Shown here: positions 10,494-19,488 of the stretch, in pieces
How positions within the stretch are numbered: position 1 is the stretch's first letter
How the letters are laid out: each line of letters begins with the position of its first letter
Notes under the pieces: model-generated
The model's database searches: none
Told to the model about the DNA's origin: nothing
Seen by the model: the letters and a program-made list of their open reading frames with translations, nothing else
NCBI GenBank assembly: GCA_048939765.1
Contig: JBHLPF010000017.1
Coordinates: forward strand, 10,742-74,741
Direction of reading: 5' to 3'
DNA length: 64,000 bases
From: Promethearchaeota archaeon
GTDB lineage: Archaea; Asgardarchaeota; Thorarchaeia; Thorarchaeales; Thorarchaeaceae
Program-made: the position numbers and the translations under genes

Positions 10494-10565
10494 TCACTTG
10501 GCGATTCTTCTAAGTGCAGGTTGATATGAAGCTTGTTATGAGAATGACAGCTATTGTCGTGATCG

Positions 10566-10676
10566 AAAAGCAGCAGGAGGTGGAGAAGACCCGCAGCCTG
10601 TTGATCTCCGCCGGGAGGGACGCAGACTGAAGCAACAGGAACACAAAGCGTGAACGCGGGCCTTGCGTCTCCATCG
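10566..10676 (-). ncRNA. Candidate ~105-nt structured ncRNA of unknown family
   Basis: Terminal stems UGGAG/CUCCA and AAGGCCCGCG/UGCGGGUCUU (G-U pairs indicate the minus strand), inner CCUGUUG/CAACAGG and CUCC/GGAG; TTTATA about 25 nt upstream and a U4 tract downstream. Confidence 0.55.
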
Positions 10677-10843
10677 TTTTGAGACGGCCGTTTGGCCTAT
10701 AAATCTATAGGTTTTCGCTAAAATGCGCGCGCTCTTCGAAAAATCGAAAGTTCTTTCTTTTAGTTTTATATAGCAAAAATCGAAGTCAAAAGTCCGCTTT
10801 TGGCTGAAGGAGAAATCTATTGAACGGAAACAGCGTAAAAGGG

Positions 10844-10919
10844 TGGTAGCCCCGCCAGGACTCGAACCTGGGTCCAGTGGGCCAGAACCACTGATGCTGG
10901 ACCGCTACACCACGGGGCT
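10844..10919 (-). tRNA. tRNA-Gln (anticodon CUG), encoded CCA, no intron
   Basis: Reverse complement folds as a cloverleaf: AGCCCCG/CGGGGCT acceptor, AGTGG-TTCTGGC-CCACT anticodon arm, CCAGG-TTCGAGT-CCTGG T arm, 3' ACCA. Confidence 0.97.
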
Positions 10920-11017
10920 ATTGATAGAGGACCGATCTCTGGAGCTTCGCTCGTTCTGAACACCAAATTATCTTTTCGGTCAAGCTCGCATGAAAGAAGT
11001 ACATGGCAAATAGTAGA

Positions 11018-11911
11018 CTAAACGCCGACCTTGAAGATGAGCGAGTCCCTCAAGATGCGCTGAAACATCCTGAGGAGGTTCTTTCCTTCGGTGGCAACGG
11101 TGGCAAATACGGGATATCCTTCAAGCCCTAGCATCTGAATCATGCGGTCCACTGGGAGAGCATTTGGCAGGTCTCGTTTGTTCAGAGAAACCACGATGGG
11201 CAAGGTTGCCAGCCGATCGGTTCCAAGGGCGATTCGAAGCTCCTGAATCGAGGCCAGATTCTCATTCATCTGCTCGGGTGTGGAGTCTGCCATGAATATC
11301 ATGCCATCTACTCCTCGAAGAACGTTTATCCGCTGAGTAGCATGTCTTCGCTGACCCGCGACAGTAAAGACATCAAAAACCACCTTTTCACCAGCAGAAA
11401 CAGGGATGAAGTCAAAGTAAGTAGTCCGACCAAGCTCGTCTGAGATTTCAACAATTCTGCCCTTAGCTAGAGCTCTCACATTGGCAAAGAGCCACCTGAG
11501 TGCAGTTGTCTTTCCGGAGAGAGATGGACCATAGAATACGATCTTTATATGGATGCGTCCTTCCTCATCGCGCTTCAATGCCTCGCCAGCGACAATTTCT
11601 GATACCGATTGAGGTCTGATTTGCGCGGCGCGCGCAATATTGGAGGTTGCTTCTTCATCAATCCTCAGCTCAGTTGTAGCTGTACTAGCCACAAGTGTTC
11701 CAGTTGGAAGCGGTTCACGCCGCCCCACGCGGGGGGTTTCGCGGGGCGCCATGAAGGGTTCTCCCGGTGCAACTTCAATCTCAACGGGAGGGGTCGTTTC
11801 ACGAGGTTCTCCTAGGGGCTTACCTGATTCTGGAGCAGCATCTGGAGCCTCTTCTGCTTTCGGCTCTTCCTTCTTTTTGCCTTTGAATCGAGAAGCCAGC
11901 CTCCTGAGCAA
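11018..11911 (-). CDS. MglA-like small GTPase with a ~115-aa Pro/Glu-rich N-terminal extension
   Basis: KIVFYGPSLSGKTT, GRTTYFDF, TVAGQ, LRGVDG, NKRD. Confidence 0.88.
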   Translation of the reverse strand: MLRRLASRFKGKKKEEPKAEEAPDAAPESGKPLGEPRETTPPVEIEVAPGEPFMAPRETPRVGRREPLPTGTLVASTATTELRIDEEATSNIARAAQIRPQSVSEIVAGEALKRDEEGRIHIKIVFYGPSLSGKTTALRWLFANVRALAKGRIVEISDELGRTTYFDFIPVSAGEKVVFDVFTVAGQRRHATQRINVLRGVDGMIFMADSTPEQMNENLASIQELRIALGTDRLATLPIVVSLNKRDLPNALPVDRMIQMLGLEGYPVFATVATEGKNLLRMFQRILRDSLIFKVGV

Positions 11912-12022
11912 TTACAACCTCTCTCCGAAGATTTAGGGAGATGAAACCGGTCTTAAATCTTGGGGGGATTGTGTCCGCAGTGAGAGTGAGCTTTATCTGG
12001 TGCTTCAACTGGAAAACAAGGC

Positions 12023-13147
12023 ATGCCCGAAGTAATCGACTCCAATTTTGTCCAGAGGATGTTCCCCACCTTATTAGATATGGCCTATCTCAACAATGCT
12101 GCAACTGGCATCCCACCTATGACATGTGTGACGGCCATGAAGGAGTATTTGGACGATAGAATCACGGCCAAGGGAGATTTTGATGAAACGCTTGAGAAAA
12201 TAAAGGAAATTCGGGAACTCCTAGCGAATCTCTTGGGCGGAGCACGAAGAAACTTCGGGTTCATGCCTAACACTACATCTGGTGTAAACACGTTTGCTCA
12301 CAGCATAGAATATCCTGGGGGCTCTAATGTGGTACTATGCGACCTAGAGTTTCCAGCTAACTATATTCCTTGGCAGCATCTTTGTAGACAGCAAGGAGTG
12401 GAGTTGAGAGTTGTGAAGTCAAAGGAAGGGGCCGCTCCAACTGATGCCTTCAAGGAACTGGTTGATGAGAATACGAGAGTATTGGCAGTTAGCCAAGTGC
12501 AATTCGGTTCGGGATTTCGGTCAGACTTGAAGGCCCTTGCTGAGATAGTTCACGATATCGGAGGCTACCTCGTAGCTGACATCATTCAGGCTGCTGGATG
12601 GGCGGATACAAATCTTGTCAAGGAGGACGTGGATTTTGCGGCAGGACACGCACCAAAGTGGATGCTTGGCCCAATTGGAGCTGGCTATGTCTATGCGAGT
12701 GATAGTATTATGGAAGAGTTGACACCAAAGTATTTGGGTTGGTGGGGAGTCAAGGAATTCAGAGAGTTTGGGTACTTCGAGAGGGAACCATTTCCGGATG
12801 CGAAGATGTTCCAAATAGGGTCTCCAGCAATGATCGCGTATGTTGGACTGCTTGAATCTCTCCGGATGCTCACATCACTGCCAGCTAAGGAACGCGAAAG
12901 AAAGGCACTTGATAATGCGGACTATCTTCGGAAACGTCTTCGTGAGAAGGGTATTGAATACTACGAATTCGAGGAGAATCAGAGGTCGCCCATTGTTTCG
13001 TGTTCACCAGAAGATGTCGAAACCCTTGACAAGAAGCTAAAGAAGAATAGGATATACTGCTCAGTTCGTAACGGAAGACTCAGAGTTTCGCCGCATTTCT
13101 ATAATAATGAAGCCGAGATTGATAGATTGGTGGAGTTTATGGGGTGA
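12023..13147 (+). CDS. Class V PLP-dependent aminotransferase/lyase
   Basis: YLNNAATG, EFPAN, DIIQAAG, HAPKWMLGP (PLP Lys), RVSPHFYN; no SufS-type RxGxHC catalytic Cys motif. Confidence 0.9.
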   Translation: MPEVIDSNFVQRMFPTLLDMAYLNNAATGIPPMTCVTAMKEYLDDRITAKGDFDETLEKIKEIRELLANLLGGARRNFGFMPNTTSGVNTFAHSIEYPGGSNVVLCDLEFPANYIPWQHLCRQQGVELRVVKSKEGAAPTDAFKELVDENTRVLAVSQVQFGSGFRSDLKALAEIVHDIGGYLVADIIQAAGWADTNLVKEDVDFAAGHAPKWMLGPIGAGYVYASDSIMEELTPKYLGWWGVKEFREFGYFEREPFPDAKMFQIGSPAMIAYVGLLESLRMLTSLPAKERERKALDNADYLRKRLREKGIEYYEFEENQRSPIVSCSPEDVETLDKKLKKNRIYCSVRNGRLRVSPHFYNNEAEIDRLVEFMG

Positions 13148-13151
13148 CGAG

Positions 13152-13835
13152 ATGTTTAGACAAATCAGTGATAATGTCTACATCAGAGTAAGCAACTCCT
13201 TTGACTCAAATATCATCTTCATAAACGGAGGAAACAAGCAGATTCTAATCGATGCTGGGACTGGAATGAACCCGGATGGGCTGAATCAGGATCTTGTAGA
13301 GATTGGCTCATCTGTGGGAGAATTGACAGACATCATACTCACCCATAGTCATATAGATCACATCGGGGGTGTCCCACCAATCATCGCAGAATACAGTCCG
13401 ACTCTGCACCTTCACAAATCTGAAGGGGATATGATCAACTCTGGCGATATGCGACTGACCCTTTCTACCACCTTTGGAGTAGAACTACCACAGATGAAGA
13501 TAGATAGCCTTCTTGAGGAAGGGCAGGACCTTTCCCTTGGTGACGTTTGCTTCAAGGTACATAGCACTCCAGGTCACTCTATTGGCAGCATATGTCTGCA
13601 TATCGAAGATCAGGGGATTCTGATCACAGGTGACACCTTATTCTCAGGAGGTAGTTTCGGACGAGTTGACTTTCCCACAGGAGATCCTAACCAATTGGTT
13701 GAATCGTTGCGGAGGATCACAGAGTGGGAATTCGTCATAGCACTTCCAGGACATATGAATGCAATCACAAGTAATGCGAAGCAACACGCAGAGGCATCAT
13801 TCGCCATGGCAAGTAGAATGTTTAGGTACCAGTGA
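13152..13835 (+). CDS. MBL-fold metallo-hydrolase (glyoxalase II-like)
   Basis: THSHIDHIGG, TPGHS, TGDTLF, PGH; start set at ATG 13152, just after the upstream stop. Confidence 0.9.
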   Translation: MFRQISDNVYIRVSNSFDSNIIFINGGNKQILIDAGTGMNPDGLNQDLVEIGSSVGELTDIILTHSHIDHIGGVPPIIAEYSPTLHLHKSEGDMINSGDMRLTLSTTFGVELPQMKIDSLLEEGQDLSLGDVCFKVHSTPGHSIGSICLHIEDQGILITGDTLFSGGSFGRVDFPTGDPNQLVESLRRITEWEFVIALPGHMNAITSNAKQHAEASFAMASRMFRYQ

Positions 13836-14811
13836 TCGCTCGTTCTACCTCTTCCACCGACAACGGAGATACTTTGCCTGCATCTTTCTCGAATTTGGTG
13901 ACTTTTGACTCGAGAGCCTTCACAAGTGCATAGACAGACTCGCTCAGAGGGGTTTCAATGCCAAGATCTTTTGCTAGTCGTATAACCTCTCCCGTGATCG
14001 AGTCAATTTCGGTCTGCTTGCAGCATCGGATGTCTTGAAGCATGGAGTTGATGTTATCTGAAGTGGCCTTAGCAGTTCCAAGAGCATATCGGACTGGGTC
14101 GTCAGTGGTGAGCTCTATGCCCAATGCATCAGCCACGCTGGCGGTTTCCTCTACAAGCTTGATGACAAGTTCTCGAAGGCGCATGTCATTATAGATCTCT
14201 CCATTAGTCATGCCTGTGAGTGCCCCTATGGGATTGATACCGCAGTTGACAATAGTCTTGGTCCAAACAACACCCTCGATATTCTCAGAAGAAACTACAT
14301 TGAACCCTGCATTTCTCATTATCGCAACTACTGCCTCGACCATTTCCTGATTCTCTGGGAAGTGAGACCCAATCTCAGTGATTCCAGCCCCTGTAACAGT
14401 GACTTCTCCAGGTGCGGTCATTAATGCACCCATACAGGTTGTGGCCCTCAGTACTCTACGAGTTTCGAGGACCTTGGCTACTCTCTTCTCTGTACCGATT
14501 CCATTCTGGAGAACTAGAAAGTACGTCCCTCTCTTCACTAGGTGTTTCATTTTGCCTGCCGCTTCAACTGCATCATATGCTTTGGTTGTAATGAGGACTA
14601 AGTCAGCAGCATCGATATCCTCACTGTTTTGTGTGGCCCTAAGGGGGAGTGTGTGTTCGCCCAACACACCTTTGATTCTCAAGCCGCGTTTGTTGATAGC
14701 ATCCACATGGGGCTTTCTCCCTACTAGAAGAGTCACTTCTTCACCAGCAAGACTCAGCAATCCGCCATAGAGGCTTCCTATTGCTCCAGAGCCCATAATC
14801 ACAATCTTCAA
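13822..14811 (-). CDS. panE: 2-dehydropantoate 2-reductase
   Basis: GSGAIG, TTKAYD, LQNGIG, WTKTIVNCGINP, SMLQD, TEIDSITG; in an operon with PoK and PPS. Confidence 0.95.
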   Translation of the reverse strand: MKIVIMGSGAIGSLYGGLLSLAGEEVTLLVGRKPHVDAINKRGLRIKGVLGEHTLPLRATQNSEDIDAADLVLITTKAYDAVEAAGKMKHLVKRGTYFLVLQNGIGTEKRVAKVLETRRVLRATTCMGALMTAPGEVTVTGAGITEIGSHFPENQEMVEAVVAIMRNAGFNVVSSENIEGVVWTKTIVNCGINPIGALTGMTNGEIYNDMRLRELVIKLVEETASVADALGIELTTDDPVRYALGTAKATSDNINSMLQDIRCCKQTEIDSITGEVIRLAKDLGIETPLSESVYALVKALESKVTKFEKDAGKVSPLSVEEVERAITGT

Positions 14812-15596
14812 GGTTCGACCTCCTCGTAAGCCGCTTCAATTTGAGTAGCGAGATGAGTTTTTATGAGAGAGACCCCTCGACTTAGATTCCTCTGATTATC
14901 AAAGTCTGCAACAAGAGCATCCAGTTTTGCATGAGGCCAATCCTTCATCTCACGAGCGTACTGCACCATAAGGGGTACAGCCCTTACTATATTATCAACA
15001 ATAGTGATGTCGGAGAATATCGCTGTGCGTGACATCGGATTTAGGTCAATAGTTATCACAAACTTGCCAATTGCCTTCAGCGCCTCTGTCCTGTCTCCAT
15101 CTTCGAGAGGGACCAATACCACATCGGCCCTAGCTATCCCTTCTGAGTCAACCTTTCGTCTGTTGCTACTTAATTCGGGGATTGTTTCAGACGGCCTATC
15201 GTGTGTCCCCAGTACTTCTTTTGCACCAGCAGCCAGTAGAGCCTCAAGAATGGCATCTTCTCTCTCTGGCCGATAATAGAACAGGTTGATCTCCAGTGGT
15301 GCCTTAGTGAGCTCCGACAACTCAACGAGCTCATCTGGAACCAGAGCACAGACATTTCCATTTACACTGATGACAGGATGCTCTGCTAGCAGCATTGCAG
15401 CAACTGCGGCTCTGCATGCTCCTATAGCCTCGGTGTTTGTGATTTCACCAATCATATAGTCGAATGCCTCTCCACGACCATGAGCTAGAAGACCAGCGGT
15501 AGCAACAATTTTCTTCTCATGCCCCTCAATTATCTTCTCTCGAATGTCCAATGAAACTTTTCGAGGATGGTCTGCGGGCACGTCTATTTTCGTCAT
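14808..15596 (-). CDS. 4-phosphopantoate--beta-alanine ligase (archaeal PPS)
   Basis: AHGRGEAFDY, ISVNGN, VPLEDGDR, IDLNPMSRT. Confidence 0.95.
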   Translation of the reverse strand: MTKIDVPADHPRKVSLDIREKIIEGHEKKIVATAGLLAHGRGEAFDYMIGEITNTEAIGACRAAVAAMLLAEHPVISVNGNVCALVPDELVELSELTKAPLEINLFYYRPEREDAILEALLAAGAKEVLGTHDRPSETIPELSSNRRKVDSEGIARADVVLVPLEDGDRTEALKAIGKFVITIDLNPMSRTAIFSDITIVDNIVRAVPLMVQYAREMKDWPHAKLDALVADFDNQRNLSRGVSLIKTHLATQIEAAYEEVEP

Positions 15597-16528
15597 AGAA
15601 CCAACCTCCCACCATCTTCTGAAATGCCGGTCAGCTGGACTTGATTAGGATCCCAGATGTTTGACAAAATGCCAATAGCTTGCCCGGACTCATCATTCCG
15701 GCAGATGCAGAAAATTGAGTCCCCAAGCATCACCATACTTGAGTCATTTAGTCCGACCGCTTCAAGTTCATCAAGTGCTGATTGAACTTTAGGTGTCATT
15801 AGTCCAATTGAGTGAGCAAACTGTTTTGAATAGTGGATGATGCTCTCAAATGTAGGATTCGTTACAAGTTCCTCCATTAGCTCATCAGCTACTTTGATAA
15901 TATGCCCTCTATGCTCTTTGTTTGTGAGCACACTCTTGGTGTCAAGACCTGGAGCACCAGCAAGGACAATATCAAGGGATTCCTCGACAGGAATCTTGAC
16001 AGCCTCCCCAATTCCGGGTGCACCTGGTTTTGTACGGATTTCCACCCCGCCTGTTGTCTGTGCAATCACATCTCCAAGTCCAGTGCGATTGACGACCTCA
16101 GCATAATGTGCATGTTGTGCTGCAGCTAGAGAATCAGAATCAACGAGACTAGAGAGTGCAATTGCTGTTCCCAAAGCTCCTGCCCCAGAAGCACCAAAGC
16201 CTACACCAATAGGGAGCATCGACTCATGGTCAACCTCCACTTTGCAGACTCTTCCGTGTAGTTGTAGCAATCTCTGAATCACCGTCGTTGTCACTGGGGC
16301 TTTGATTGGTCTGCCGTTATACGCGACTGACACCTCTAGCTTCACGTTGTCCACCAATCTCACAGTCGTGCTAGTGCCGATATCCACACAGAATCCCGCT
16401 CCTATGGACCCACAACGAAGAGGGTCTTCATGCTCATCATGGATTCGAAAGATCCCTGTGATGTGTCCTGGCACAAAGGCTTGGGCAGTATCTAACGGGT
16501 TCTCTCCCTGTGATTTCAAGGTGGTCAT
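15593..16528 (-). CDS. Pantoate kinase (GHMP family, PoK)
   Basis: PGHITGIF, GSIGAG, LPIGVGFGASGA, AEVVNRTGLGDV, MVMLG; start placed at MTTLK. Confidence 0.93.
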   Translation of the reverse strand: MTTLKSQGENPLDTAQAFVPGHITGIFRIHDEHEDPLRCGSIGAGFCVDIGTSTTVRLVDNVKLEVSVAYNGRPIKAPVTTTVIQRLLQLHGRVCKVEVDHESMLPIGVGFGASGAGALGTAIALSSLVDSDSLAAAQHAHYAEVVNRTGLGDVIAQTTGGVEIRTKPGAPGIGEAVKIPVEESLDIVLAGAPGLDTKSVLTNKEHRGHIIKVADELMEELVTNPTFESIIHYSKQFAHSIGLMTPKVQSALDELEAVGLNDSSMVMLGDSIFCICRNDESGQAIGILSNIWDPNQVQLTGISEDGGRLVL

Positions 16529-16624
16529 ATCATCGCCTGCTTTTGTGCCTAATATATTCAACCATATACAATGTATCTTGTGTATATACATCAACCTACT
16601 AAACTATACAGCTTTCCGTATGTT

Positions 16625-17473
16625 CTACCCCTTCCCAAGGGGAACCAGACTGGTATATTGTTTGATGCGGGGGTCTGTGTTCTTTGGTGCGGGGAACCCC
16701 CATCTAGCATCTATATCACGGCCGCTGAGGTCGAAAACCTGAAAGCTTCCAGAGGACCAGGTGAGAGGACTAAAGCCAAGAAGAAGCGTCTGAGTCCTCC
16801 AGCTGGTGACAACCATATGCCGATGCATACCCGCGGTTGGCACCACAAGGAATACGTTTGACAACTCCATTAGCAACGATGTGCTGATTCTGTAGAAGAA
16901 GCTATATGTCTTACGATGCTCCTCGGTGCCCTGTTCGCGAAGGTCATTCAGATAGCGAATGATTGTTTCATCATGAACTGTAGGATCCATCACATCAGAG
17001 AGGTCTTCAACATCTACTACTACTGCGGTTTCGAAGTAGTAAGCAAGAGGGAACTCTGTGATGTGAAAGAGAATGAACTTGTCTTGAGTGATTATATTGT
17101 ACAGATGTTGGAATATAGCCTGCTTTGAGAATAGCATACTGACATCCAATTTGGCTGGTTCGAACTTGTCGGAGGCCTCAGAAACGACAAGGCGGAACAT
17201 GTCATCAAGCATGTCGCCGTCGTAGCCAATACGAACGACATGATAGGGCAATTCGCTAGAGTTCGGTTCCTTGTACCCTCGATAGGTCAAGAATTCATTG
17301 AAGTCACGCTGAAAAATGTCAACCTCATTGTCATTGTCAAGCACAAACAGAGATTGACTTGGAGTCCCAAAGGATGAGTGTACCTTGTCATATGCCTGAA
17401 ATCTGGCCCTCTTCTCAGGAATGAATTCACTGAAGATGTCAGGATCATGAGAAGAGTTAGCCAAAGTATTCAC
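16625..17473 (-). CDS. Hypothetical protein within the CoA biosynthesis cluster
   Basis: 282-aa ORF with an upstream GGCGG element; no recognisable motif. Confidence 0.65.
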   Translation of the reverse strand: MNTLANSSHDPDIFSEFIPEKRARFQAYDKVHSSFGTPSQSLFVLDNDNEVDIFQRDFNEFLTYRGYKEPNSSELPYHVVRIGYDGDMLDDMFRLVVSEASDKFEPAKLDVSMLFSKQAIFQHLYNIITQDKFILFHITEFPLAYYFETAVVVDVEDLSDVMDPTVHDETIIRYLNDLREQGTEEHRKTYSFFYRISTSLLMELSNVFLVVPTAGMHRHMVVTSWRTQTLLLGFSPLTWSSGSFQVFDLSGRDIDARWGFPAPKNTDPRIKQYTSLVPLGKG

Positions 17474-17751
17474 ACCGCCCTTAATGCTGGAAGATTCATC
17501 TTATTCATTCATCATGTTCTTGTCGGTCTTGCGTAAGAAACGTGCCCAACATGGCTTGATTGCCGCATCTGCCCTGTTTCGGCACTCCCGCACATTCAAG
17601 TCGACTCATATATTCTTTACCCACGTCTTGTCGGATGGTATTAAAGAAATGGTGTCCCTCTTCCTAAGAAGCTTGGTGCGACAGATTACAGGACTAGAGA
17701 GTTCGTTCAGTTTATCAACATGTGTTGATTGGTGTATCATGGGCGATTCTG

Positions 17752-18990
17752 ATGACACACACATCCAAACTCATCATCGGAAGCTTGAGTCAGTCGCTGA
17801 AAGGCAAGAAGATCGCATTGGGAATCACTGGCAGCGTAGCAGCAGTTGAGTGTGTGACCATTTCGAGGCTCTTGATGCGACATGGTGCAGAGGTATACCC
17901 GATAATGAGTCCAATGGCCCACAGGATAATCCATCCACACTTAATCGAGTGGGCGACGGGAAATCCCGTAGTTGTCGAGCTCACTGGGCAAATTGAACAC
18001 GTTGGTCTTGCTGGCAATCATGACGAACGGGTAGACCTCTACCTTATTGCACCCGCGACTGCGAATACTATTGGAAAAATCGCGAACGGCATAGATGACA
18101 CACCGGTGACCACTACAGCTACTTCTGCGATTGGTGCAGGAATCCCACTTCTGGTTGTACCAGCAATGCATCGCTCTATGTATGATCACCCAGGTGTTCT
18201 TGAAAACATGGAGAAACTTAGAGGAATGGGAGTACAAGTGATGAGTTCCAGGATGGAGGAAGCAAAGGCAAAGATACTGTCGCCTGATGCGATTCTTGAA
18301 CAAGTCATCTCAATGCTCAGTCCACAGGATCTTAATGGCAAGCACTTCGTTGTCACTGCAGGACCAACAAGAGGATGGATAGACAGAGTCAGATTCATCA
18401 CAAATCCGTCAAGTGGAAGAATGGGGATTGAACTAGCAAGGGAGATAGCCTTCAGAGGTGGCACTGTAGACCTAGTTATTGGCCCTACAGAATCAGAGCC
18501 TCCGACGGGCGTGGAAGTTGTCAATATTGAAACGACAGGTGAAATGTTGGATGCTGTATTGAGCTCTCTGAAGAGGACCAAGACGAGCGCTCTGATTTCT
18601 GCAGCAGCAGTTCTTGATTACACCCCACTCGAGAAGGAGGAGAGCAAGTTGGCGTCAGGTAAGAGCGGGCTCTCAATCAAACTCAGACCAACTCCGAAGA
18701 TAATCGAGGTGGTCCGTGAGAATTACAAGAAGATGTACATTGTTGGCTTCAAGGTAGAATCTGAAGTGTCAGACAAAGAGCTGGAGAAGCGAGCCAAGGC
18801 AAAGATTGAAGCAGGAATCTGCGATTTGGTAGTGGCTAATGATGCCTATCGAGAAGGAGTTGCGTTTGGTACTGACACAAACGAGGTGCTGATTGTTGGT
18901 TCTGAGGGAGTTGTGAAGAAGGTTCCACTATCTTCTAAGAGAGATGTGGCTAGAGAGATAGTGGATGTTATGATCCAGAGAATGAAATGA
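17752..18990 (+). CDS. coaBC: Bifunctional phosphopantothenoylcysteine decarboxylase/synthetase
   Basis: GITGSVAA, APATANTIGKIANGIDD, PAMH, TAGPT...RFITNPSSGRMG, AAAVLDY, VGFKVE. Confidence 0.96.
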   Translation: MTHTSKLIIGSLSQSLKGKKIALGITGSVAAVECVTISRLLMRHGAEVYPIMSPMAHRIIHPHLIEWATGNPVVVELTGQIEHVGLAGNHDERVDLYLIAPATANTIGKIANGIDDTPVTTTATSAIGAGIPLLVVPAMHRSMYDHPGVLENMEKLRGMGVQVMSSRMEEAKAKILSPDAILEQVISMLSPQDLNGKHFVVTAGPTRGWIDRVRFITNPSSGRMGIELAREIAFRGGTVDLVIGPTESEPPTGVEVVNIETTGEMLDAVLSSLKRTKTSALISAAAVLDYTPLEKEESKLASGKSGLSIKLRPTPKIIEVVRENYKKMYIVGFKVESEVSDKELEKRAKAKIEAGICDLVVANDAYREGVAFGTDTNEVLIVGSEGVVKKVPLSSKRDVAREIVDVMIQRMK

Positions 18991-19025
18991 TGAGAAGACC
19001 ACAATCTTCCCAATAGCCATTGGCT

Positions 19026-19388
19026 TTAGAGAATCTCGATCAATTTGTCAGCCATTCTTCGCATATCTACGAATATGAGGCCTAGCTGAGCATCAGGTCG
19101 CGCTAGGACCAGGATGAGCGCATGGTCGCCAACAGAAGTCATGAGGGTGTAGCCTTTGTCACCTTTGACATAGATCTCCATGAGACTTCCCCTATCCAGT
19201 TCATTCGTTGCCTTCTCTCCCAAGGAGAGTATCGCAGCGCTAATGGCTGCAACCATTTCTTGCTCACTCTCAGGCAATGCTGAAGAAATGGGAAGCCCAT
19301 CAAGAGAAACCAGAGCAGCACCTTCTACTCCAGGCACTGTTTCAAAGTCACGAATGATCTTATTGATGGTATCTACACGGCTGGACAT
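19026..19388 (-). CDS. Roadblock/LC7 (MglB-like) protein
   Basis: GVEGAALVSLDGLPISS, AAISAAILSLGE, AQLGLIF; start placed at MSSRV. Confidence 0.92.
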   Translation of the reverse strand: MSSRVDTINKIIRDFETVPGVEGAALVSLDGLPISSALPESEQEMVAAISAAILSLGEKATNELDRGSLMEIYVKGDKGYTLMTSVGDHALILVLARPDAQLGLIFVDMRRMADKLIEIL

Positions 19389-19488
19389 TCTAAAGCCTCT
19401 GGGGTGTCCTAACGGAGATAGGTCGATTCGTGATGCTATAAAACCTTGCTGTAACAGAGTCATAACAGACCGCTATTTTTGCGCATTT

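Noticed and set aside
10581-10673. tRNA-Sec or 5S rRNA identity for the small structured RNA (contains CUUCA and acceptor-like ends)
   Set aside because: No T-loop, D-arm or anticodon stem around UCA, and no 5S CCGAAC loop
12023-13147. Selenocysteine lyase/cysteine desulfurase call
   Set aside because: The catalytic Cys loop motif is not evident, and the gene is not adjacent to selD
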